From Phaeosaccion multiseriatum (taxonomy: Eukaryota > Protista > Ochrophyta, other classes): 64,000 nucleotides of DNA. The notes below the pieces were generated by a model. That model made no database searches. It saw only the letters and a program-made list of their open reading frames with translations, and was not told where the DNA came from. The stretch is from NCBI GenBank assembly GCA_965112735.1, contig OZ218952.1, forward strand, positions 4,712,001 through 4,776,000. The letters run 5' to 3'. The translations under genes were made by a program, and so were the position numbers. Shown here piece by piece: positions 47,026-58,471 of this stretch (position 1 is the first letter of the stretch; each line of letters starts with the position of its first letter).

Positions 47026-49957
47026 ACCGGAGCCCTGGGGCGGGGGGGGGTGGTAACGGCAAGTAGTAGGGCAGTAGATACGGGAGTTAGAGAGGGTAAC
47101 AAATCACATAATGTAACACCTCATCGAGCTTGTGTATCGTCTTCCTTCAGCTTGCTAGCCACACTTCCTCCCTCCCCGAGGGGCGAGATTCACACAGTTG
47201 ACAGCGGTAGGCCCGTTGACAGCGGTAGGGGGTGGGTTGACGGTGATGGGGTGGAGCAGAAGGCGGAGAAGGCGAAGGAGGAGGAGGAGGAGGAGGCGGC
47301 GGTGTGGGGTGCGGTAGGGGGCATGCCGTTGTGGCGGCAGCGAGCTTGCCGTGAGCCACGCCTTCCGAACCATATGCTGCGCATAGGGCGGCAGAAGCAG
47401 CAAGCGCTCACTCTGCGCGCAACAGCTGACGCTGCACGGGCTCGGGCGGCCGCGTTCCTACGTTGTGCAGTGGGGCTCCCAGCCGCTGGGGGTGCAGTCG
47501 AGGGTGCGGCCGTTGGAGGGTTGGGGGCTGCCCCGCTCACGTTGGTGGCGGTGGAGGCGGAGGCAGCGGCGGAGGCGGTGGAGGTGGAGGAGGCGGAGGA
47601 GGAGGAGGAGGAGGAGGAGGAGGAGGAGGAGGAGGCGGAGGAGGCGGAGGAGGCAGCTGACGCAGTAACGGCAGCGGCACAGGAGGGGCCGGCGGAGGAG
47701 GAGGAGGAGGAGGAGGAGGAGGGGGAGGAGGAGGAGGAGGAGGCGGAGGAGGAGGATGAGGAGGAGGAGGAGGCGGAGGAGGCAGCTGACGCCGTAACGG
47801 CGGAGGCACAGGAGGGGCCGGCGGAGGAGGAGGAGGAGGAGGCGGAGGAGGAGGAAGAGGAGGCGGCGGCGGAGGCAGCTGCCGCAGTAACGGCGGCGGC
47901 ACAGGAGGGGCCGGCGGAGGCGCAGGCGGAGGAGCAACCGATGTCGGCGGCGCTGGAGGAGGCGGAGGAGGAGGGGGAGGAGGAGGAGAAGGAGGAGGAG
48001 GAGGAGGCGGAGGAGGCGGAGGCGGAGGCGGAGGCGGAGGAGGCAGCTGCCGCAGTGACGGCGGAGGCACCGGAGGGGCAGGAGGAGGCGCAGGCGGAGG
48101 AGAAACCAATGTCGGAGGGGCTGGAGGCGGAGGAAGAGGCGAAGGAGGCTAAGGAGGAGCCGACGGAGACGGTGGCGGACAACGGGAATGAGGCTCGACA
48201 GACTGGTGCAGCAGCCGATGCAGCAATAGCAGCAGCGCTCTTTGGGGCTGAGCTGCAGGCAGAGGTTGAGGCCGCTGCACAGGGGCCGGCATGCGGGCTG
48301 GTGGGGGCGACGGCGGAGGCACAGCGGCGGGTCTGGAGGGCCCGACAGGTGGTGGTCATTCGGCGGTGGCGTGAAGGGCATGTGTTCCGCTGCCCTGCGT
48401 CTGCGGCTGCTGGCGTGCCCCGGGGGGTCATGGCTCTGCCGCTCGGGGTCCCTCCATGGGAACAGTCTCTCCGTGACCCCAGCCTGCTTCGGGAGTGGGT
48501 GTGGGCGGCGCAGGAGTGGGTGATCAGCGACGCACAGACAGCTACGCAAGCTGCACAGCGCTGGGCGGCAGAGTGCGCGGCCGCTCACGTGCGGGTGCTG
48601 ACGTGGGCGGCCGAAACGTTTGTGATTCCGCCGGCTGGCCGTCGCGTACCTTCGGGGGTGGGGGTTGGGCCTTCAGCCGCGCCGGCAGGGAGTTCTGCTC
48701 TGCGGGTCGACGACTGCGATGATTTCGACGCGCTGCTCGCGGAGCACGTCACCCTGCTGCCGGAGTGTAGTGGTGCTCTTCCTGCATTGTCTCCGACGGC
48801 GAAGGCGTGTCGAGCAGCTGCGCTCCTGGCACCAGCTGCCGAATCGGTGGAGAGGGAGTGCGTCAGTGGGTGCTCTCTGAGTGCGGAGCGGGAGCCCTGT
48901 GAGGTGTGCGTGCAGCGAGCGAGGGTGGAGATGGCGGCGCTCTCAGTCACTGACGATACAGGGGCAGCGTATCTGCGGCGGGAGGCGAGGCGGAAGCAGA
49001 TTGAGATGACTCTGGCGATTAAGCAGACAGGGCGTACCGGGGTGTCGGTCAATCCGCGTGGGCATACGGTATCGGTGGTGCTTCAGTCTGCCCTTCAATT
49101 GCGCGAGCAGCTGCCACGGGCTCCGGTGTCGCTCACGGTGCAGGCCTTGGTGGACACCGGCGCCACTCACACGTGTGCCTCACGTGCGACCTTTGATCGT
49201 GGCGTCGCCGCAGGGGTCTTTCAGGTGCGCGATTTGGCGGAGGAGCGAGTGGCAGTTCGGTACGCCACGACTCAGGCCGCTACGTCAGCCTCGCTCGGTC
49301 GGGTGTGGGTGCAAATCGCCCTCACGCCTACGTGTCAGCCGGTGGTGGCCATGTGGGTAGTGGAGCACCTCGCCCGTCCCTTGATATTAGGCCAAGACGT
49401 GCTCACGATGGTGGGGGCGGTTACTGACCACAAGGTTCATCAGCTGTACGTGCATCCCACGGAGGCGAGTTCTCCGTCGTCGGAGCCGCGGTCGGAGGTT
49501 GACGATACCATCGCCGTGGCCGCTGTCAGCTTGGGGGAGTGTCAGGTGCTGGCGACTGAGGCACTTCGCCTCGCCCCGGGCGGCAAGGCCGTGCTCGTGC
49601 TGGAGGCGGACGGAGGTGTCGCAGGCGGGCGTCTCAGTGTGGAGTTGGGTGCCCACGGGCAGTTGCAGGCGCAGCAGGAGGCGTTGTGGTGGCTGAACCA
49701 CGAGCAAGTCCTGGTGAGTCGTGCGGCGTGCGTGGTCGGTGCCACGCAGCAGTGGAGCATCGGTATACACAATCAGCACAATGAGACGATCGTCGTGGTC
49801 CCTGGGCAGGCTGTGGGCGTGGGCACGTATCTGCTGGCGGAGGAGGATCGGCGAGCAGCGGTGGAGGTGGCGTTGTGTGAGCCGGCTCCTCTTGTTGCGC
49901 CTTGCACGCCGGCCGGGGGCCTTCGTCCGCTCCCGCGTCGCTGGGCACGCTGGGGTG
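46990..49957 (+). CDS. pol: Pol of C, 5' part (Glu-rich linker, Cys cluster, aspartic protease, beta-rich domain)
   Basis: ALVDTGATH and LILGQD protease motifs. Rejoins 51591 in frame after removing B1 and one TSD. Confidence 0.9.
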
Positions 49958-51586
49958 TGTTGGAAGGCCTCAGATGAGATGGGCCATAAGTCAATGGCCC
50001 AGGCCCAGGCAGATACAGTGAGAACGGGTGGCGTGGCTCTCACTATCCTATGTGCGAAGGTGGTCGTTTAGGACTAGCATGCAATAAGTTAATAGAGGCA
50101 AGGCTGGCTGCTAGGCTGGCTTTGGGGTTGCTGTTACCTTGTCCGTGTGTCTAGTTCTATCCTATCTGTAGGCGACAGCGCATGTCGGTCGTGCGTACGT
50201 CGTTTTACAACCCCAAAGGCCCGAAAGCAGCACTTAGCCAAGAGGCTTAGGCAGGGAAGGAAGAGGCGTGTTAGGGGAGCACCGTGCGGCACATAAGCAG
50301 TGCCGTACGACGTGCGACAGCAGCGGAGTTGTTGTTGCACGGAGAGGCGGGAGTGGAGAGAGAATTGCCGGGAGTGGTGTCTACAGCGGGCACAGCTTTC
50401 GAGTGTGGCAGCAGCACGGATGTTGTTGTTGCACGGAAATGGATGCTGAAGGTTGGTGGGCAGTGGAGAGAGAGAATTGCCGGGAGTGGTGTCTACAGCG
50501 GGCACAGCTTTCGAGTGTAGCAGCAGCACGGATGTTGTTGTTGCACGGAAATGGATGCTGGAGGTTGGTGGGCAGTGGAGAGAGAGAATTGCCGGGAGCG
50601 GTGTCTTACAGCGGGCACAGCTTTCGAGTGTGGCAGCAGCACGGATGTTGTTGTTGCACGGAAATGGATGCTGGAGGTTGGTGGGCAGTGGAGAGAGAGA
50701 ATTGCCGGGAGTGGTGTCTACAGCGGGCACGGCTTTCGAGTGTGGCAGCAGCGCGGCTGTTGCTGTTGCACGGAGCTTGGCGGGAGACAGAGAAGGATAC
50801 TCGCAAGGCTGCTTTAGGGACTGTCTGGGTGCCTTGTAGGCACACCAGTAAACACTTTAGCAGTCAGCATTAGTGGTGCGCAACGAGGCTTTGGCAACGC
50901 TGGTGGCGAGTAGGAGTGGAGAAAGATATGGCGCGGGTGAGTTTGAGTCGTGGGATGTTCTCATCCGTGAGCCTGTGTGGGTGAGTTTGAGTCGTGGGAC
51001 TTTCTCATCAATACAGGGGGTGTGTGTGGGAGGAGCGGTCGCACACATCTGGGTGAGTGTTGCATAATGCTCATCCGTTTTCTTTTTTTGGAAGCAGCAT
51101 GGTGTTAGAAGTCGTGCTTTTGCTAGACTGGTACCTCCCGGTCTGAATTCAGAGGGTAGGTACCAGTCTAGCAAAAGCACGACTTCTAACAATGGAGGCT
51201 TGTGCGACAGTCGAGCTTCAGTAGGCGAATCCGCTTGTGTTGCGTGGGTACACGCAACAGTCTTGTCAAGGGGATGTTGGAAGTGGCGGATAGCTATTGG
51301 GGATGTTGGAAGGCCCCGGGATAGGCATTGGGGATGTTGGAAGGCCTCAGATGAGATGGGCCATAAGTCAATGGCCCAGGCCCAGGCAGATACAGTGAGA
51401 ACGGGTGGCGTGGCTCTCACTATCCTATGTGCGAAGGTGGTCGTTTAGGACTAGCATGCGATAAGTTAATAGAGGCAAGGCTGGCTGCTAGGCTGGCTTT
51501 GGGGTTGCTGTTACCTTGTCCGTGTGTCTAGTTCTATCCTATCTGTAGGCGACAGCGCATGTCGGTCGTGCGTACGTCGTTTTACA
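49958..51586 (+). mobile_element. B1: 1.6-kb non-coding (TRIM-like) LTR element
   Basis: 252-bp LTRs at 49958-50209 and 51335-51586 (one visible mismatch). TSD GGTG. Internal ~115-bp tandem repeats. Confidence 0.95.
51103..51191. mobile_element. 89-bp palindromic mini-element (TGT..ACA)
   Basis: 34-bp perfect inverted arms, 4-bp TSD ATGG; absent from the B2/B3 homologous sites. Confidence 0.85.
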
Positions 51587-51590
51587 GGTG

Positions 51591-54500
51591 CGTCTCGTGC
51601 TGTGGTCGGTGGCGAGGAGCGTGGTGGTGGTGTCGGTGGCGGAAGTGCAGCAGCAGCCGGAGGAGGAGGAGGAGGAGATGGCGGAGGAGGCGGAGGAGGA
51701 GGCGGAGGAGGCGGAGGAGGAGTAGGAGGAGGCTCAGAAGGCGAAGGAGGAGGAGGAGGAGGAGGAGATGGCGGAGGCGGCGAAGGTGGAGGAGGAGGAG
51801 GCAACGACGGAGCGCCCCGACAGGCGTGGCTCGAGGCTGTGGCTTTGCGTGAGCGCTGGGGACGCGAGACAGTGGCCTCCGATCTGGTCGATGGGCCTGA
51901 GGATGTTTTCCGCCCTGTGCCGCTGGGGCCCGTGGCTCTGGGAGCCGTCCGTGCTCCGGTCGTGCAGGCAGTGCGGCCCGTGACGAGGGAGTCGGGCAAA
52001 CACAGGCCCTGCAGGCCTGCTCGGCTGGGGCTCGGTCGGCGTCTACGGGTGGCGCGGCGGCACGTCTCACTCTCAGTGGAGGGGCCTTTTACTGCTGGTC
52101 CTAGCATCTTGGCTCGCCACGCACGGGCTGTAGCGGCCGCAGCAGCAGCTGGCGGCGGCGGCGGAGGCGCAGCAGTCGCAGGAGGAGGCGAAGGAGGAGG
52201 AGGGGGAGGAGGAGGAGGAGGAGACGGAGGAGGAGGAGGAGGAGGAGGAGGAGGAGGAGGAGGAGGAGGAGGAGGAGGAGGAGGAGGAGGAGGAGGAGGA
52301 GGAGGAGGAGGAGGAGGAGGAGGAGGCGGAGGAGCAGCAGGAGGAGGCGCACCTTCCCTGTGCGTGTCTGAGGCCGGTGTGGCAGCGGTGGACGGGGGGC
52401 CCTCAATTGGCGACGCTGGGCCTGGAGGAGGAGGAGGCGATGGAGGAGGAGCCAGCGGAGACGCAGGAGGAGGCGGGGGAGGAGGAGGAGGAGGAGGAGG
52501 CGGAGGGGGAGGAGGAGGAGGAGGAGGAGGAGGAGGAGGAGGAGGAGGAGGAGGAGGAGGAGACGCAGGAGGAGGGGCACCTTCCCTGTGCGTGTCTGAG
52601 GTCGGTGTGGCAGCGGTGGAAGGGGGGCCCTCAATTGGCGACGCTGTGACTGGGGAGGTGGAGGTGGTGCCGACCACGGAGTCTCCCCAGGCCGCCCTGC
52701 ATGCATTGCAGGATGACGTGACGGCTGGGCAGCAGGTTGAGGCTACTCAGGGCTGTCTGCAGGGCCCGACCTGGACTATCGACGAGCATGGTGCCTTGAC
52801 GTTGGGCGGCACGGGTGAGGGACGGCAGGCGGGCACACGGGAGGCCGCTCACAGCTTGATCGTGCGTGAGTGGGCGCCTCGCCTCGCAGCGAGTGGGCAG
52901 GAGCGGCTCCGTACGTGTTTGGCGGCTGCGGAGGTGGGTGCAGTTACGGCTCTCCTGCTCCTCCGCCCACACGTGCAGCAGACGCAAGGGGGCCTGGAGG
53001 GTGTCGATGATGTGGTGGTGGCTCAGTGGTTGGAGCAACTCTTGTCCATGTGGAGCAGTCACTCGTTGCTGAAGCAGGCCGGTGTGGAGACGGAGCTGAA
53101 CGCAGCACTGCAGTTGTTTCTCACCATTCGGCGGCTACTGTGGCAGTGTCGTGCCCTGCGGGCGGAGGTGGGAGGGTTGGCAGGTGGTGAATGTGTGCAG
53201 CAGCAGAGGCGGCGGGCGCAAGCAGCAGTGGCACGGGCCAAATTCTACCAGGCGCAGCTGCCCCAGCACATGCACGCAATGACTATCGGTGATGAAGGTT
53301 GGACAGAAGCGCAGCGGTGGGGCTTGGTGGTGGTGTTGAAGCAGCGAGTAGCGGCCTTCTGCGTGGATGGGAGCGATTACGGCCGCACAGATTCGGGCCG
53401 GTTTGGGTTTCCGTTGCTGGACCCGAAGCAGCCGCCAATTCGGAGTGCGGCACGGCGCTACCCTCCTCCGGTCCGGCGCGGTATTGAGATTGAGTTGAAC
53501 AAGATGTTAGCAGCAGAGATCATCCGGCCCAGCACAGCAGCCTGGGCCACTCCACTCATGGCCGTGTTGAAGACGGACGAGCACGGCAACACCAAGTGCC
53601 ACGAGGACGGCACTCCGATCGTGCGGATGACGTGTGACCTGTCGCAGCTCAATGACGCGTGCCGCACGGAGGCGCCCGCCATGCCAGTGGTGGATGATTT
53701 GCTGGCGGAAATGCAGGGGTCTACGGTCTTTTCGGTGATGGACATCATGTCTGGCTACTTCAATGTGCCCATGGCCACCACGGAGGATGAGGACATCTCT
53801 ACATTTGTCTGCCACAGTGGCACGTACGCCTGGAGAGTCATGCCACAAGGAGCGAAGAATGCACCCGCCACGTTCGTACGCCTTATGAACACGGTGTTGC
53901 AGGGCCTACAGGCATTCGTGGCGTGCTTCGTGGACGACATTGCAGTTTTCTCCGCCACGGTGGATCAGCACATTGGCCAGTTAGACCAAGTTCTCGGCAG
54001 GATGGTGCAGCACAAGCTCAAGCTGGCGCCGAGCAAGGTGGTGTTGGGGGCATCTCAGGTGCGCTTCTGTGGGCATTTGGTGGATAGTGAGGGGGTGCGG
54101 GCCGATCCAGCCAAGTATGCAGCAGTTCGAGCGCTGGCCAAGCCCACTGCGCAGTCAGGCAATCAGGTGCGACAGGTCAGGCGCTTTGTAGGCATGCTCA
54201 GCTACTTCCGCAAATTCATTCCGGCGTTTGCCATGAAGGTGCGGCCGCTCAATGAGCTCTTGCGCAAAGGGGTGGATGTGCGGTCAGCGTGGGGGCCGAG
54301 GCACGACGCGGCGTGGGAGGGGCTCATCGAGGACCTGCTCCGCTCGCCCGCGTTGGCCTTCCCTCACTATGGCTCGGAATCGGTGTTCACGCTGAGCACC
54401 GACGCTTCAGCAGACGGGTTAGGGGGTGTGCTGTCGCAGCGGGATGCCGAGGGGGTGGAGCGAGTCGTGACGTTCATCAGTCGTGCCACTACCCCCACGG

Positions 54501-57500
54501 AGGCTCGGCTAGGCAGTACGGAGCTCGAGCTCTTGGCGGTGGTTTGGTGTGTGCGCAAGTTGAGCATGTACATTTGCCACCATCCCTGCACGGTGGTGAC
54601 GGACCACCAACCCTTGCTGTGGCTGGCGACGCACAAGGACACCAACTCCAAGCTCTTTCGGTGGTATGAACGGCTCTCTGCTCATCATCTCAAGTTTGTC
54701 CACAAACCGGGGCGGGAGCTTGTGGTGCCTGACTGCTTGTCACGCGACCCCTTGCCAGTGACTGAGTGGTGTGATGCGGTGGGAGTGGAGGTGGCGTTGG
54801 TGGATGTGGTGGGTGACACCCTCGCGTTAGGGTGGGAGGATCCGGTGGAAGGTGCGGTGCTGCGGTTTGCTGCCGCGGCGCAGCAGTTGCAAGGGGAGGC
54901 GGTGGCGGCTCAGTCAGTGCCTATGGAGGGACTCTCGTCGGTCACGGCGAGACAGCAGGCGTCGGCAGGTTTGGAGGCGCTGTGCGTGGACAGTGTGGCG
55001 GTCGCGGCGCCAGGCGGCTTCGGGTCGGCTCGGTTGCAGCACGTGGAGCAGATGCGGCAATGTGGCTGGGCTCCAGTGACCCTGTCCCACATCAACGAGA
55101 AGAAACGGGTGATAGAGGAGTGGTCTCAGCTGCCGCTGTTTCTCAGCCACGTGCCAGCAGCGCGGTGCACGTACATACGCACGGAGGAGCAGGTGTGGGA
55201 CATGCGAGCGGCACTGCGGGAGGCGACAGTGGTGGCCATGGACTCGGAGTGGGCTATACGCACTCCTCCTCGGCCGGCGTCTCTGCTGCAATTGGGTGTT
55301 CAGTATAGCGGCGTCGCCAATTCGGAGCGTGATTGTGGGTTCTGGGTGGATTTGGACAGTTTGAGTGGCAATGGTGGTATGGAGGCGCTGGCGGCGGTGC
55401 TGAGTGAGCTGTGGGGCGACGGGGGGATTATGAAGCTGGCGCATCACTGGAGTCACGACCAGCGTGCCCTAGGGAAGTGGCCGGCGTTGGCGCCGCATGT
55501 GTGGACCATCGCCAACTTGGTCGACACGACGCATCTATTCAAGGAGGTGTGGCCTGAGCACTGCCGTCCCATTGGCTTAGCAGACCTGGTTAGTATGTTC
55601 CTGCAGCGTTTTATGAGCAAGGAGGAGCAGATGACGGATTGGACTCAGCGGGAGCTCACTGCGGCCCAGCTCAGCTATGCCTTCGACGATGTGGCCGCAT
55701 TACTACAGTTGCTGCCGAAGATGCGGGCTTGTGCAGTTCCGGTGCCGTCTGCGATGGAAGTGAGCGCGGTGGATAGCGGAGTGGCGGGTGTGACGCGTGC
55801 TGAGATGCGCGCAGGACAGTTCGTCTCTGCCGGGGTGGGGTATTGGGCCGATCGGGAGCACGCCAGTCCACTCTTCATTTTCTCAGCGACCGCTAAGTCA
55901 GTGGAGATGATCGACCTGATCCTTCTTTCTTACCGACATCCCCAGTGGACCTGGACGGAGCTCATGGACGCAGTGGAGCCGTTCAGGGCGCGCTATCGGC
56001 CGGTCGCGGCGCGGAGGCGTGGCAAGCTGTCACTACCTCGAGCGGTTATGATTGAGAAGACGTGGAGTGCCATCGCCGCAGATACGGGCGGCTACTACAC
56101 CATGGTGACCCCCACAGAGGCCCAGCAGCAGTGGCAAACCCAAGGTGTGGCGTGGGACATCCCTGCCGCCGTCGAGGCCGCGGGCGTGGTGGGTGCATCG
56201 ACGGTGGAGGCGGAGCGCACACCGACCGCGGCCCCAGCAGACGCCACAGCCGGCGGCGGTGACGGTGCGGGTGGTGCAGGCGGCGGAGGAGGGGTTGAAG
56301 GCGGCGGCAGCGGCGGAGGCGGAGGTGGAGGAGGAGGAGGAGGCGGAGGAGGAGGAGGAGGAGGCGGCGGACTCACAGTTGGCCGCTCGGCCACGGGGGT
56401 GGAGGGACGAGAGGCTGGAGCGACTCCAGCGGCTGACACCGATGCCCATGCGGCTGCGGCGAGCGAGGCAGCAGCGCTGGCAGACGTGGAGGCCGCAAGG
56501 CAGGCTGCTACGCGGCAATTTGGGTGGTCCCTCCCTGGTGTTCCCCCGGCAGTGGGTGAGCAGTCGTGCGCAGCCCGCATATTGCATGGGGCTCGGACTT
56601 ACCAGCCCGCGTGGTGGGTGAAGGCGCAGCAGCAGGACGCTGAGTTGGAGGGGTGGCGTCAGAAGGTCTTGGCAGCCTCCCCGGGCGAGGGGGTGTTCGA
56701 TGCGGGCGGGGGGGAGTTCTCTCTCGATGGCGATGGCGTCCTTCGCCGCAAGTGGGCCCCCGGGGGGCGACGGTGGCGGGTAGAGCGAACGAGGTTGCAG
56801 CTCTGCGTCCCCAAGGCGCTCAGGCCGGCCCTACTGCATGCCACGCACGGCGATGCGGTCTCAGGCGGCCATCACGGGCCAGGGCGGATGCTGGATGCGC
56901 TGCAGGAGCGAGTGTGGTGGCCCTCCATGAACGGGCATGCGCTGTACTGGGCCCGTTCATGTCTTGCGTGCCAGACACGCAAGACACCACGGAGGCGACC
57001 TCCACAGGTTCCGCTCTCGTCCATATCATCGGCGGCTGTGAATGGGCCATGGGCGGTTATGGGTGCTGACGTGGCAGGACCTTTCCCCATGGCCATGGGG
57101 GGGGAGGAGTACATTTTGGTGTTTCAAGATTGGTTCACCAAATGGACAGTGGTGGTGCCATTGTGCGCCAAGGACTATACAGCGGAGGGCATTGCTCGGG
57201 CATTCGTGCGGCACGTAGTGACGGTGCTGGGGGCGCCCAAGGTGCTGGTCAGTGACCAAGGGTCGCAGTTCACGAGCACGCTCATGGCCGATGTGCTGCG
57301 CGTACTCCAGACATCACAAGTCTTCACTACGCCGATGCATCAGCAAGCCAATGGGCAAGTGGAGCGCTTCATGGCCACGATGAAGGACATGCTGGCGACG
57401 ACAGTGGAGGCCCAGATGCAGCAGTGGCCTGAGTATGTTCCCGCGCTCACGTACGCGTACAACTGCAGAGCTCACAAGACCACAGGCCTCTCCCCGTACT

Positions 57501-58471
57501 ACACTCTCTTCGGTCGACACCCCCCGATTCCACTTCAATCGATGCTGCCTGCCCTCGAGGAGGACGGCTCGTTCGAAACGCCTTCGGCATGGGTGCACGA
57601 GCTGAGGGCGCGGATGGCAGCGGCGGCGCAGGTGGTGACGGGCAGGCGCGAGGAGTATCGCAGCAGGCTACAGCTCAAGAACCGTGAGCGTCGCTGGCCA
57701 GCGCCGATGCCTCCTGGCACTAAGGTGTGGTTGTACCGTCCAGGGGGGGCGGCGCAGGAGGAGGGTGAGGCCATGGAGGAGCAGAAGGCACTGACGCTCA
57801 AGGCGCTGAGTCATGCTTGGGACGGACCGTTCCAAGTCCTGGCTTGGCCCACACAGCAGGCCTTCCAGGCGCGACATGGTGGCATACTCAACGACGAGCA
57901 CTACGCGGTGATGCGCCGTAGCACGGTGTATCTGGATGTGCCGAGGGTCAGAGGCGGGGGAGTGGAGTTCAAGCAAGGGGCGTACCATAGGGACCTCACC
58001 AAGCCGTTCGTTGATGGGGTGAGTGGCCAGCCGCAAGGACTACCAGATGGGTTCGCTCGATACCACATCCGGTACTGCTCAGCCCACTGGGGTACTAGTG
58101 CACTGCAGGAGAAGCGTAGCGTGACCGATGACGAGGTTGGGATAGGGCGGGCGCCCGAGCTGGCGCGGATAGTGAAGCTGAGGTGGCGTAAGGCCACAGG
58201 GCAGCCCCTACGGCGTGAGTACTGTGTACGTTGGGCTGTACGGGAGGGTGGCAGTTATCAGACGTGGGAGTGGGACGATTGGCTCTTGCGGCGCGGAGAG
58301 AGGGCGGCAATAGAGGCATTCGAGGACTCTTTGGCGCCAGGGGCGTTGGACCCGAGCGTGCAGCGCAAGCGTGGGCAGCGGTCTAAACGAGAGCGCACCG
58401 TGCGCGCCATGTTGCACGAGAAGTGGGGGATGGGCATCGCTGCGGAGACGGCGCAACATTTGGGGTTCTAG
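51591..58471 (+). CDS. pol: Pol of C, 3' part (Gly-rich linker, RT, RNase H, DEDDy 3'-5' exonuclease, integrase, chromodomain)
   Basis: MDIMSGYF, MPQG, FVDD; TDAS, ELELLA, TDHQPL; DSEW..HD..YAFDD; HHCC/DDE; EYCVRW..QTWE. Confidence 0.95.

Noticed and set aside
51511-52706. Poly-Pro antisense ORFs (extensin/formin-like), also 47537-48109 and 14984-15715
   Set aside because: Antisense or off-frame reads of GGA/TCC repeats
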